Assembly: GCA_902492065.1 (NCBI GenBank)
Contig: CABUKE010000003.1
Span: 1,942-65,941, forward strand
DNA from: an uncultured Eubacteriales bacterium
GTDB lineage: Bacteria; Bacillota; Clostridia; UBA1381; UMGS1253
Length of the DNA stretch: 64,000 nucleotides
Direction of reading: 5' to 3'
The position numbers were made by a program, and so were the translations under genes. The notes below the pieces were generated by a model. The model saw nothing but the letters and a program-made list of their open reading frames with translations. It was not told the DNA's origin and did not search any database. Below are positions 9,070 to 18,470 of this stretch, in pieces (within the stretch, counting starts at the first letter, position 1; each line of letters starts with the position of its first letter).

Positions 9070-12000
9070 CTATTTCTTCTCTGTAAATACAATCTCATTG
9101 ACCGAGTTCCACATATTCACAGTGTTACCCGCACCCATATACTTAACGTAGCGCGCCTTCACGCCGCCGAGATCGAACGCCTCCAGCTCGTTTGTCGTAC
9201 CGCTTGACTTCTGCTTTTCAAGCACAGTCGTGTAATTCTCGCCGTCCTCCGACACGGCAATCGAGAATGTATACACGCGGGAGTCGCCGCTGTGGTATGC
9301 AATCTGCACCTGGTCAAGTGTTTTCACATCGCCGAGGTCATAGACCGCCCAGGCCGCCGACTCCGTGCCTTCTGCGGCCCAGCGCGTTGTCATGTCGCAG
9401 TCAACCGAGTTTGTGATTACGCCGCCCTGACCGTCGTCCGCGCTCGCTTCCAAATCATAGACATTGAGCGCATTGGGAATATCGTGCTTGCACGGGTACA
9501 TCCAACGGCCCTGTTCATCCTTTTCCATCATGTCCGTTGTGCCCGGCGTAATGTAAACCGTACGCGCAAATTCGTCATAGCTTACCTGTGCGCCAAAGCT
9601 CTCGGAAATAAAGCGAATCGGTACAACAAAGCGATCTTGGTAAATCGTCGCCGGAACGTCAATCTCTACCGGTGAACCGTCGACATAGGTTGTCGTCTGG
9701 TTCTCTGTGATTTTTACCTCCCGTGTATTCAACGTCGCCGTGGCCGTTGCGCTTGCCTCGTCCCACTGAACTTCCGCGCCAAGCGCCTCAAAAATCGCAC
9801 GCATCGGAACAAGCGTCCGGTCATTTACAACCGTCGGCGCTGCATCGGAATACAGGAACTGCCGGTTCATGCGGATATATACACCTTCCAGCTCCGGCAT
9901 CGGCGAATTGATAAACTGTTTCTCCGCATTGGCGTCCTTGTAAGTCAGTGTGTAGCTGCCCGCCGGCGCAGTAAAGGAAAGGAGTTTGCCTTCTTCCGCT
10001 GCAATTACATCCTGTGTAAAGCCGTCGCCGCCGACTGTCCATGTGCCGGGCTTTACATCGGCAAGCGTATATTGCAGCTCGCCCTCGCCGCTGGTCGTAA
10101 GTGTAAAGCTGTCTGCAATTTCCGTCCCGCTCTTGGCAAATGTTACAACACGATCTGCAATTTTTACACCCGCAAGGACGTCTGTTTCAATCAATTCCGT
10201 ATCGAGATAATAGTCCTTATCGTTGTCGCTCACCTGCATAACATTGAGGAACAGGTCGGACTTTGCTTCCTGCTTCGGCGATACTTCAATGCGCCATGTT
10301 TCGCCCTCATCTGTCTCACTGTCGAGCTCATAGCCATAGTAGTTCGTACCGTCTACCATGTATTCACTGCCCTCGCCGCCAACCTTATCAATCGTAAGGT
10401 TATCCGCCGCCGGAAGAAGTGTGTCGACCGTCATCTTTCCGTTATATGCCTTGCCGGCGCCTTCATCGGCATACGTACGACGGAAAATCGTCTGGCTGCC
10501 GTTAATTTCCGGTTCCTCAAGGCCGTGGAGCAACCATTTCTTTTCAAACGAAGGATTCGACGAATCCACCTTGTCAAATACAATTAGCGCCGCCGGAACC
10601 TCGTCATTGAACAGGTTCAGGAACATGAACGACCGCTTGAAATCCTCAACCTTGTCGGTGTACGCATTCGTCAAATCGCCCTTCAGGTAGGTATAAGCCG
10701 GTGTCTGGGTATCCTCGCCGATTTCCTGCGCCTCTACCGTTGCCATATGGGAACCGTTCTCTTTCATCCACTCAAGCGTAGCCGGCTCAGAGCCGTTCAG
10801 AATCGTGCGCTGTCCGCCGTCGTTCGCCTTCACGCCAAACAGCGTCATCGTTTCGGTTTCGTTCGGGTCGTAAACTGTAATCGTATTATGCGCAATTGTA
10901 CGTTTATTGTATGCGGCGTCATGCGTCGTGCCATAGTCGGTATCTCCGTACTCGCCGCTTCCCCGTGTGCCTCCCTCATAAATACCAGAATCGCTGGCAA
11001 GAATCCCCTTATAATAGAGCTGGAAGTGTCCTGCGTCAAGGTGGTTATGGTTTGCAAAATACCATTCCCCAACCTTCATCTGCGCAACAACCGCCGGTGA
11101 TTCTGCGCCGTCCTCCCAGCCCGTACGCGCTACGCTCATCCCAATCGGGCTGCCGAAGTAACGGCTGAGCGGAAGCTCATAGATGGACCTCGCCGCCAAA
11201 TCTGGGTCATTGAGTACCAGGAACATAATCGGGGAGCTGTCATCATAGGTGTTTAGGAACGGATTTTCCCGGAAATATTCGTCCTTTAAATATGGGTCGC
11301 CCGCCATAGCAGAATCCATAAAGAACTGATGCGCGCCAATATTCCAGTAATTCCACATCGCCGCCGTATCGTTGAACGTATCGCCGTCGCGCAGGAGTTG
11401 GCCGTCTGGACGGCGCAGGTAAATGTGTCCATACAGCATTTGATACAAATTATCGTCGAGCGGCGCAGGCAGTCCCATTTGCGTGATAAAAATCTGCGCA
11501 TACGTGTCAAACCCATGCCGGTATGTACCGTACGAATCGCCCTGATGGTGATAGTGCGCCGTATTCTGGAAGTTACGTACTGGAACAAAATCCTGATAAT
11601 ACCGCCCTGCTACAACATCCCATACATCCGGACGCTCGTCGTAGATTGCAATTGCGAACCCAAGCAAATCGCGCTGGAGCTGCGCCTCACCGGCATGACT
11701 TGTAACGGCGTTCTGCTTCGTCGGCGGCCAGCCAATCTCCATCAAACCTGCCAGCTTTTCGCACTGGGTAATGATTTGCCGCTGCTTTGCCTTATCAAGC
11801 AGAGGATAGCACCAATCGTACACCTCCGATGCGACATAAATAACATAGCCACCGCCGCGCGTTGCATCGCCCGCAGTCGATACCGTCGAAAGATAGTTAA
11901 TCATTGCGTCAACGGCCATGTTTCCACTTGTTTCGTCACCCGTCAGCGCATAATTAAACGCATGTGCCTCAATGATGTTAAGCACACTCTTGTTGATGTT

Positions 12001-13302
12001 CCCCCCGCCATTCGGCGAAGCAGCAAGCATACCGTCCGTCGAGTCGGCCAGGAGCGCCTCATACCGCTCTTTTGCAGCCTGATTCTGCGGCTTATCCATA
12101 TTTTCCAGTATTTCTGGAATATCACTCTTCCGGAACAGCAAGCGCGGATGTTCTGCCGGCGGATTGACCGGCGGCTTCTCATATGGCCCGCTGATTGTCG
12201 TCATCGGCAAATCCTCGATTTTGTCCGGGATTTCCCCCATACCGGAGGGGGTAAACGTCTTATCCGTCACGATAAATTTGTCCACTTTCATGTCTGCTTC
12301 ACGAACAATCAGATCAATTGTATGCTCGCCCGCAGTAATCTGGCCCGATGTAAGCTGTACCCACTGCCAATCGGGCGAGTGTGCCGGCTGGAAATATGTA
12401 TAACTGCGGTCAAGCCCAGCAAACACAGAATCGTCGCCCTCGCCAACCGACATTAAGCGTGCCCATACCGTGTACATCCCCGCGGTATTCACTTTAAACG
12501 TATAAGATGCGTCCGCGTCAGAACCCTTCGCCGGGTCGGAAGCCGGCTTTTCACCGGAGGCTAAAATATACTTTCCACCGGAAGCGTCCTTTGCCTCAGA
12601 AACAATGTACTTTTCTCCTAATACACCGGCCTCTGCCTCGATACCAACACCGTTACCAGCTACCTCAAACACCTTGCCGGCGGGCTTTGTGCCCGATGTA
12701 GGCTTTGCGCTGGCGGTCGGCTGCGCACTTGCTGTCGGACGCGGTGTAGAGTCTGATACACCAGGAATCTCCGCCGGGAGCTTTGTCTTATCCGTCGTTA
12801 CAAACAGCGCGTCAAGCTGAGCACCGTTTTCTCGATGTGTCCACGAGAACGTATGCTTTCCCGCTTTTAGATCCTGTGTCACAACCTCTACCCAGTGGTA
12901 CTCCTCTAAACCACCCGGATGGATTGTCTGCCATGCTTCGTCGTCCCACTTAAAATGGAACGAATCACTGCCGGAGTCACCGCCCACGCCCGGAATATAC
13001 GCTCGTATAAAGACCGTATACGAACCATCGGATGGAATCTCAAACTCCCACCTAACATCCGGCTTAGACAGGGAAGCCGGGTCGTCAAGCCGCCCGCCCT
13101 TGCTGGCAACGATATACTTTCCGCCGCTTGCCGCGTTGTCTTTGAATGTTTCAATGTCATTGTTCAGCTCCCCATCTTCACACTCGACAAGCGTATCTAC
13201 GCCGAATGTCGCTGCAAACGCAGGAATGCCGACGCCAGACAGCATCGTAACCAGCATTGCAACCGTCAGCAGCATACTAACAAGTTTTTTGCCTTTCCTC
13301 AT
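9070..13302 (-). CDS. Secreted multidomain heparinase II/III-like (DUF4962-type) polysaccharide lyase candidate
   Basis: 1410 aa. Order of parts: signal peptide MRKGKKLVSMLLTVAMLVTMLSGVGIPAFA; two CBM6/35-like modules (ECEDGELNN...ASGGKYIV; IEAEAGVLGEKYIV..ASGGKYIL) joined by a PT-rich linker; EHPRLLFRKSDIPEILENM (DUF4962-like N-terminus of the toroid); HNHLDAGHFQLYYKG (heparinase II/III motif region); a copper-amine-oxidase-N-like 'stalk' domain (NDRTLVPMRAIFEALGAEV); and a C-terminal F5/8 type C (discoidin) domain (TTRWAAEG...). RBS is GGGAGGA. Confidence 0.8.
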   Translation of the reverse strand: MRKGKKLVSMLLTVAMLVTMLSGVGIPAFAATFGVDTLVECEDGELNNDIETFKDNAASGGKYIVASKGGRLDDPASLSKPDVRWEFEIPSDGSYTVFIRAYIPGVGGDSGSDSFHFKWDDEAWQTIHPGGLEEYHWVEVVTQDLKAGKHTFSWTHRENGAQLDALFVTTDKTKLPAEIPGVSDSTPRPTASAQPTASAKPTSGTKPAGKVFEVAGNGVGIEAEAGVLGEKYIVSEAKDASGGKYILASGEKPASDPAKGSDADASYTFKVNTAGMYTVWARLMSVGEGDDSVFAGLDRSYTYFQPAHSPDWQWVQLTSGQITAGEHTIDLIVREADMKVDKFIVTDKTFTPSGMGEIPDKIEDLPMTTISGPYEKPPVNPPAEHPRLLFRKSDIPEILENMDKPQNQAAKERYEALLADSTDGMLAASPNGGGNINKSVLNIIEAHAFNYALTGDETSGNMAVDAMINYLSTVSTAGDATRGGGYVIYVASEVYDWCYPLLDKAKQRQIITQCEKLAGLMEIGWPPTKQNAVTSHAGEAQLQRDLLGFAIAIYDERPDVWDVVAGRYYQDFVPVRNFQNTAHYHHQGDSYGTYRHGFDTYAQIFITQMGLPAPLDDNLYQMLYGHIYLRRPDGQLLRDGDTFNDTAAMWNYWNIGAHQFFMDSAMAGDPYLKDEYFRENPFLNTYDDSSPIMFLVLNDPDLAARSIYELPLSRYFGSPIGMSVARTGWEDGAESPAVVAQMKVGEWYFANHNHLDAGHFQLYYKGILASDSGIYEGGTRGSGEYGDTDYGTTHDAAYNKRTIAHNTITVYDPNETETMTLFGVKANDGGQRTILNGSEPATLEWMKENGSHMATVEAQEIGEDTQTPAYTYLKGDLTNAYTDKVEDFKRSFMFLNLFNDEVPAALIVFDKVDSSNPSFEKKWLLHGLEEPEINGSQTIFRRTYADEGAGKAYNGKMTVDTLLPAADNLTIDKVGGEGSEYMVDGTNYYGYELDSETDEGETWRIEVSPKQEAKSDLFLNVMQVSDNDKDYYLDTELIETDVLAGVKIADRVVTFAKSGTEIADSFTLTTSGEGELQYTLADVKPGTWTVGGDGFTQDVIAAEEGKLLSFTAPAGSYTLTYKDANAEKQFINSPMPELEGVYIRMNRQFLYSDAAPTVVNDRTLVPMRAIFEALGAEVQWDEASATATATLNTREVKITENQTTTYVDGSPVEIDVPATIYQDRFVVPIRFISESFGAQVSYDEFARTVYITPGTTDMMEKDEQGRWMYPCKHDIPNALNVYDLEASADDGQGGVITNSVDCDMTTRWAAEGTESAAWAVYDLGDVKTLDQVQIAYHSGDSRVYTFSIAVSEDGENYTTVLEKQKSSGTTNELEAFDLGGVKARYVKYMGAGNTVNMWNSVNEIVFTEKK

Positions 13303-13328
13303 ACCATATCCTCCCTTAAAAAATTAAT

Positions 13329-13344
13329 ATGCATATAATTATGC
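13329..13344. promoter_or_regulatory. 6-4-6 inverted repeat in the AT-rich region upstream of the lyase gene (candidate operator)
   Basis: tgcata-taat-tatgca, seen directly about 30-40 nt upstream of the start codon at 13302. No binding protein can be assigned. Confidence 0.3.
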
Positions 13345-13447
13345 ACAATACCCTATTTATATTTTAGCCTATTTTTGTTGTTTTGTATAGGTGGTTTTTA
13401 TCATTTTATGTGTAAAAAAAATATCTATAAATAGATATATAGAAGCT

Positions 13448-14287
13448 TTATTTATCTCCCCGCTTTTTAAGCGCACCCGGCAGGGTGGAAAAATTCTTTT
13501 TATATTCCCGCAAAAAGCTGGACAACGACCCAAACCCGCTCGCATAGCATGCCTCCGTAACTGAAAGCATCCCCGTTTCCAAAAGCTTGCGCGCATAATT
13601 TGCACGCAGCGAATTTAAATAGCTTTTAAAGGTTTGTCCAACACTTTGATGGAACACCGTACAAAAATATTTTTCACTCAGGCCAGTAATAGCCGCCACC
13701 TCCGCAAGCGACAAATCGTCGCGAAAATGGCTATGGATATACAGAATTGCCCGCCGGACCGGCTCTTTATCCGGCTCTGAAAAAGGTGCATACGCAAACG
13801 CGAACCGCCGTGCTATTGTAATAAAAATGCATTCCAATATATCCTTCATAAAAATTTCTTTATACTTACGTTCCGCTTCAAACTCCTCCACCAAACGGGC
13901 AAATAGCGGATACACGCTATCAAATTCATCCGCCCGCAGTGTAAACATAATATCGTTTTTATAACTGAGCAACGCGTCAAGCAGTTGTGTCCGGATCAGG
14001 CTTTCGTCCAGCATGATATTAATCAGCTCAAGCTCCTCTATAACATGGATTCCATGGTAATCGGAAGGGTTTAAAACAAAAATATCCCCCCTGCCAAGCG
14101 GATATTCTCTGCCGTTTAAAAGGTGTGTTGCCTTTCCGGAAAGCACGAGTTCAATCTCAAAAAAATCGTGCCAGTGCAGCTTGAAATCCTTTGAAATTTT
14201 CTTTCTCGAAACGCTCATCAAAAACCCCTGCGGGATTTCATCTTCTGCACTGAACCGAAGAATATCCACCGTCTTTTTTCTGCTCAA
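13448..14287 (-). CDS. AraC family transcriptional regulator (cupin sensor + HTH)
   Basis: 279 aa. N-terminal cupin-like region (HWHDFFEIELVLSG) and C-terminal AraC double HTH (LSLAEVAAITGLSEKYFCTVF...). Transcribed divergently from the ROK operon. Confidence 0.88.
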   Translation of the reverse strand: MSRKKTVDILRFSAEDEIPQGFLMSVSRKKISKDFKLHWHDFFEIELVLSGKATHLLNGREYPLGRGDIFVLNPSDYHGIHVIEELELINIMLDESLIRTQLLDALLSYKNDIMFTLRADEFDSVYPLFARLVEEFEAERKYKEIFMKDILECIFITIARRFAFAYAPFSEPDKEPVRRAILYIHSHFRDDLSLAEVAAITGLSEKYFCTVFHQSVGQTFKSYLNSLRANYARKLLETGMLSVTEACYASGFGSLSSFLREYKKNFSTLPGALKKRGDK

Positions 14288-14447
14288 TACACATCCCTCC
14301 CTCTACCATTATAACGTAAAAATTTATATATACAACCCGATATCGTACTTTTTGCAATATTTTTGTGAGTTTTTAGAGAGTATCTCCTCTATTGTTTTGC
14401 TATAATAAAAAACAACATGTTAAAAAACTGGATAAAGGAGTGGTACG

Positions 14448-15416
14448 ATGCTGGTTGGAATTGATATCGGCGGCACCAAGTGTGGCGTTTGCTGTGGAGA
14501 GGTGTCTGGCAATTCGGCGATGATTCATAAAAAGCTGCAATTTCCAACGCCGCAGGACGGCAATCCTTACGCTGTATTGGACTTGTTTTGTGAAAAAATA
14601 AAACAACTCATGCCGGAAAAGGACATTGACGCAATCGGCATTAGCTGCGGCGGGCCGCTCGACAGCAGCAGCGGGATGATTCTGTCGCCGCCAAATCTGC
14701 CGGGCTGGGATAACGTGGACATTGTAACGTTTTTTCAGGAGCAATACGGCGTACCCGTCTATCTGCAAAACGATGCAAATGCCTGTGCAATGGCAGAATG
14801 GAAGTTAGGCGCCGGGCAGGGGCTGTCCAGTCTTATCTTTCTCACCTGCGGCACAGGTATGGGCGCGGGATTAATTCTGGATGGGCGGCTCTATCACGGC
14901 GCGTCTGACCTGGCCGGGGAAGTCGGCCACATCCGCCTGGATCGTTTTGGACCGTCCGGATTCGGAAAATCAGGGTCGTTCGAGGGCTTTTGCAGCGGGG
15001 GCGGCATTGCGCAGCTCGCGCGGGCCAAAGCGTTAGAACAGCTCCAGCTTGGTAAACAGACAGCATACTGCAAAAGCTATGCCGAGTTAGACGGGATTAC
15101 GGCAAAATCCGTCGCAGACTGCGCCTATGCAGGCGATGCACTTGCACGCGAAGTATACGAAATCAGTGCGGAAAAGTTGGGCATGGCTCTGTCACTGCTT
15201 GTTGACCTCTTAAACCCACAAGCCATCATTATCGGCAGTATTTTTACCCGCAGCCGTGATCTGCTTTGGGATGGTGCGCGGCACGTTATGGAGCGCGAAT
15301 GTATTCCCGTTTCCTATGGCGCATGTGAAGTAAAAAGTGCCCAGCTTGACGACGACATTGGCAACTATGCCGCGCTGATTACCGCAACAGGGCTTGGACA
15401 AATAAAAGAGCCATAA
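14448..15416 (+). CDS. ROK family sugar kinase (atypical, lacks the Cys-rich zinc motif)
   Basis: N-terminal MLVGIDIGGTKCG ATP-binding motif and ROK core LQNDANACAMAEW...GEVGHIRL. The position of the usual CxCGxxGC motif reads FGPSGFGKSGSFEGF. Confidence 0.8.
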   Translation: MLVGIDIGGTKCGVCCGEVSGNSAMIHKKLQFPTPQDGNPYAVLDLFCEKIKQLMPEKDIDAIGISCGGPLDSSSGMILSPPNLPGWDNVDIVTFFQEQYGVPVYLQNDANACAMAEWKLGAGQGLSSLIFLTCGTGMGAGLILDGRLYHGASDLAGEVGHIRLDRFGPSGFGKSGSFEGFCSGGGIAQLARAKALEQLQLGKQTAYCKSYAELDGITAKSVADCAYAGDALAREVYEISAEKLGMALSLLVDLLNPQAIIIGSIFTRSRDLLWDGARHVMERECIPVSYGACEVKSAQLDDDIGNYAALITATGLGQIKEP

Positions 15417-15438
15417 CACGAGAAAAGGAGGAGAAGTA

Positions 15439-16065
15439 ATGGAAGAATTATTTGCGCGGTATCCCGCACTGCACGTATGCAAAAACGAAATCGAGCAGGC
15501 TCTGCAAACCATGGAACAGACATACCGCTGCGGCGGAAAAGTTTTGCTGTGCGGCAACGGCGGAAGCCACGCAGACTGTGACCACATTGTAGGCGAATTG
15601 ATGAAAAGTTTTATCCTGCCGCGCAGGACGCCGCAAAAAGACGTTGAAAAATTGGAACAGCTTTATGGAAGTAAGGCCGCCCAGCAGTTTGCTTCCTGTC
15701 TTCAGCGCGCTGTCCCGGCGATTTCCCTGCCGTCGCAGGGGGCGGTACTTTCTGCTTATGGCAACGACGTTTCGCCCCAAATGGCGTACGCACAGCTCGT
15801 ATATGGCTACGGCCGCCCGGGCGACCTGCTGCTCTGCCTTTCGACCTCCGGCAATTCAGAAAACATTGTAAATGCAGCAAGGATAGCAAAAGCCTTCGGC
15901 CTCTCCGCACTCGCATTTACGGGGCAAAACGCCTGCGCGCTCGACTCGATTTGCGATGTTGTCATAAAAGCGCCGGCAGAAGAAACCTATCGGGTACAGG
16001 AGTATCACCTGCCAATCTACCATTATTTATGTATGGAGTTGGAAAAACGGCTGTTTTCAGACTAA
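15439..16065 (+). CDS. SIS-domain phosphoheptose isomerase-like protein (GmhA family)
   Basis: Collinear with E. coli GmhA as I remember it: GGKVLLCGNGGSHADCDH, YGND, LLCLSTSGNSENIV, and RVQEYHL near the C-terminus. Confidence 0.75.
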   Translation: MEELFARYPALHVCKNEIEQALQTMEQTYRCGGKVLLCGNGGSHADCDHIVGELMKSFILPRRTPQKDVEKLEQLYGSKAAQQFASCLQRAVPAISLPSQGAVLSAYGNDVSPQMAYAQLVYGYGRPGDLLLCLSTSGNSENIVNAARIAKAFGLSALAFTGQNACALDSICDVVIKAPAEETYRVQEYHLPIYHYLCMELEKRLFSD

Positions 16066-16110
16066 AGAATATAATATAAAATTATTATTCATCTCAGAAA
16101 GGTGGTAAAA

Positions 16111-18396
16111 ATGGAACGCACAATATCTTTAAACGGAGAATGGAAGTTATATTTCTACGAAGAAAGCAAAGCGGACATCCGTACGTCTGAACAGCTTGTA
16201 GTTAGCGGCATTGCGCCAATTCCTGCCTTTGTGCCGGGCAATGTGGAGCTTGACCTGTCGCGCGCCGGCATCTTGCCGGGGGATCTGTATAAAGGAATGA
16301 ATATTGTAAAGGCAGAGAAATTCGAGTCCTATTCGTGGTGGTATGAAACCGCCTTCCCTACGCCCGAATATGATGCCGATGCGTCAGTGGAACTGCGCTT
16401 TGCAGGCACCGACTGCATAGCGGAATACTTTTTAAACGGTAAGCTGCTCGGACGCTCGGACAACGCCATGATTCCCGTTGTTTTTGATGTGACAGAACAG
16501 TTGAAGCCCGCCGGAAACAACAGCTTATTTGTACATATTTTTTCCCCGATAAACGCGGCGTACAACGTGGAATATGAAATGTATTCCCTGCAAAATTCGT
16601 GGCATGCAAACTATGAAACACTCGGCCTGCGCAAGCCGGCGCACAGCTTCGGCTGGGACATTATGCCGCGTGCTGTGAGCGCGGGGCTTTACAAAGGGGT
16701 TAGCCTCACTGTTACGTCCTGCTGCCGTTTTATACAGCTTGCCTACCATGTTGTAAGATTGGAAGAGAACGCGGCAGTCCTGCGATTTTCCTACGAACTC
16801 GGCGTACGGCCCGAAATGGTTGCACAAGGTCTACAGCTTGTCATAGAAGGCTGCTGTGGCGAATCACATTTCCGGCAAAGCGCGCCCGTCCGCTTTAAGG
16901 CGGGATATGTGGAATTTTCTATAGAAAACCCAATGCTTTGGTGGCCGTACGGCTATGGAGAGGCGAATCTGTACGCCACAACCGTCACAATTCGGCAGTG
17001 CGAAAAAGTCTTAGCACAGCGGACACTTAACGTAGGTATCCGCACTGTAGCGCTCTTGCGTTCCGACAGCCTGACTGATGAAAATGCACAGTTTCAATTT
17101 CAAGTAAATGGCGTGGATATCTTTTGCCGCGGGTCGAACTGGGTACCGCTCGACGCCTACCATAGCCGCGACGCCGCGCGCTATGAACAGGCATTCGCAT
17201 TGGTTAAAGACATCGGTTGTAATATTCTGCGCTGCTGGGGCGGCAACGTGTACGAGCAGGAGCAGTTTTACGATTTCTGCGACAAAAACGGCGTTATGGT
17301 CTGGCAGGATTTCTCTATGGCCTGTTACGTTTATCCAATTACAGACAAATTCTGCAAACGTCTTGAAGCGGAAGCAACCTACATTGTCAAATCACTCCGT
17401 ACGCATCCGTCTATTCTTCTCTGGTCGGGCGACAATGAGTGCGACGAAACGCTGTACCTGCACGGAATTGACCCGGCAAAAAACAAGCTGACCCGCCAAG
17501 TCCTGCCCAACGTGGTTCTGCGCCACGACCCGACGCGGCCATATCTTGCAAGTTCGCCCTACATATGCACCAAAATTTTTGAAGCAGCAGACCGTGGCAG
17601 TCTGCCGGAGGAGCATCTCTGGGGGCCGCGCGACTACTATAAAAGCAGCTTCTACGCAAACAGCAGGGCAAAGTTCGTCAGTGAAACGGGGTATCACGGC
17701 TGTCCGGGCAGGAAATCAATTGAGAAATTTATCGACAGTGATTTTATCTGGCCATATGAAAACAATCCACAATGGAACCTGCACTCGTCCGATCAACAGA
17801 ACCGCGACGACCGCGTAATGCTGATGGCGAACCAAATCCGCCAGCTTTTCGGCTCTGTGCCGGATAATCTTGATGATTTTGCGCTCGCGTCGCAAATTTC
17901 ACAGGCGGAAGCAAAAAAGTTTTTCATCGAGCGTATACGCATACAAAAGCCCTATACGAGCGGCATCATCTGGTGGAACCTGCTCGACGGCTGGCCGCAG
18001 ATGTCTGATGCGGTGGTCGATTATTATTTTGAAAAAAAATTGGCGTATCATTATATCAAACGCAGTCATGCCCCATTTTGTATTATGTTAGGCGAACTCG
18101 TAAACTGGGGGCATGACATTGTAGCGGTAAATGACACTCTGCAAAAAAAGGCCGGCAACTATGTCATTTCCGACATAGAAACGGGAGAACGGCTTGCAGA
18201 AGGAGCATTTTCCCTGCCGTCAAACGGGCACAAAACGCTCGGCAGACTGAACATGTTCTATTCTGCGCAGCGCATGCTCCTAATTTCTTGGGAAATAAAC
18301 GGGCAGAAGGCCTATAACCACTACCTATGCGGCATGCCTGCCTTTGACTTTGTACAATATCAAACATGGATGAAGCTGTTGTCACGATATGATTAA
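16111..18396 (+). CDS. Glycoside hydrolase family 2 (beta-mannosidase / exo-beta-glucosaminidase-like), cytoplasmic
   Basis: About 761 aa counted from the ATG at 16111 (RBS aaaggtgg 5 nt upstream; the ORF track begins at GTG 16102). Motifs seen: SLNGEWKLYFYE, an acid/base-type WSGDNECDE, and a nucleophile-type VSETGYHG. No signal peptide. Confidence 0.82.
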   Translation: MERTISLNGEWKLYFYEESKADIRTSEQLVVSGIAPIPAFVPGNVELDLSRAGILPGDLYKGMNIVKAEKFESYSWWYETAFPTPEYDADASVELRFAGTDCIAEYFLNGKLLGRSDNAMIPVVFDVTEQLKPAGNNSLFVHIFSPINAAYNVEYEMYSLQNSWHANYETLGLRKPAHSFGWDIMPRAVSAGLYKGVSLTVTSCCRFIQLAYHVVRLEENAAVLRFSYELGVRPEMVAQGLQLVIEGCCGESHFRQSAPVRFKAGYVEFSIENPMLWWPYGYGEANLYATTVTIRQCEKVLAQRTLNVGIRTVALLRSDSLTDENAQFQFQVNGVDIFCRGSNWVPLDAYHSRDAARYEQAFALVKDIGCNILRCWGGNVYEQEQFYDFCDKNGVMVWQDFSMACYVYPITDKFCKRLEAEATYIVKSLRTHPSILLWSGDNECDETLYLHGIDPAKNKLTRQVLPNVVLRHDPTRPYLASSPYICTKIFEAADRGSLPEEHLWGPRDYYKSSFYANSRAKFVSETGYHGCPGRKSIEKFIDSDFIWPYENNPQWNLHSSDQQNRDDRVMLMANQIRQLFGSVPDNLDDFALASQISQAEAKKFFIERIRIQKPYTSGIIWWNLLDGWPQMSDAVVDYYFEKKLAYHYIKRSHAPFCIMLGELVNWGHDIVAVNDTLQKKAGNYVISDIETGERLAEGAFSLPSNGHKTLGRLNMFYSAQRMLLISWEINGQKAYNHYLCGMPAFDFVQYQTWMKLLSRYD

Positions 18397-18405
18397 GTGC
18401 AGGAT

Positions 18406-18442
18406 ACAAAAACCCCCTTGCCGGTTCGGCAAGGGGGTTTTA
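18406..18442. terminator. Bidirectional Rho-independent terminator between the convergent GH2 and lyase genes
   Basis: Perfect 10-bp stem cccccttgcc/ggcaaggggg with loop ggttc, flanked by A5 and T4. Confidence 0.88.
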
Positions 18443-18470
18443 ATAATTAGGAGTATGAAACTATGTGTGC

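Noticed and set aside
11329-12456. 375-aa ORF on the plus strand, lying entirely inside the 9070..13302 gene
   Set aside because: This is an antisense shadow ORF of a GC-rich gene. Its translation is Arg/His/Cys/Leu-rich low-complexity sequence (…RRRIVERIAVAQELAVWTAQ…), and it has no RBS. The opposite strand has a coherent multidomain protein with recognisable motifs.
12660-12760. Short imperfect tandem repeat at the DNA level inside the 9070..13302 gene
   Set aside because: It encodes the Pro/Thr/Ala-rich interdomain linker (PTASAQPTASAKPTSGTKP). This is an ordinary low-complexity linker, not a regulatory or mobile repeat.
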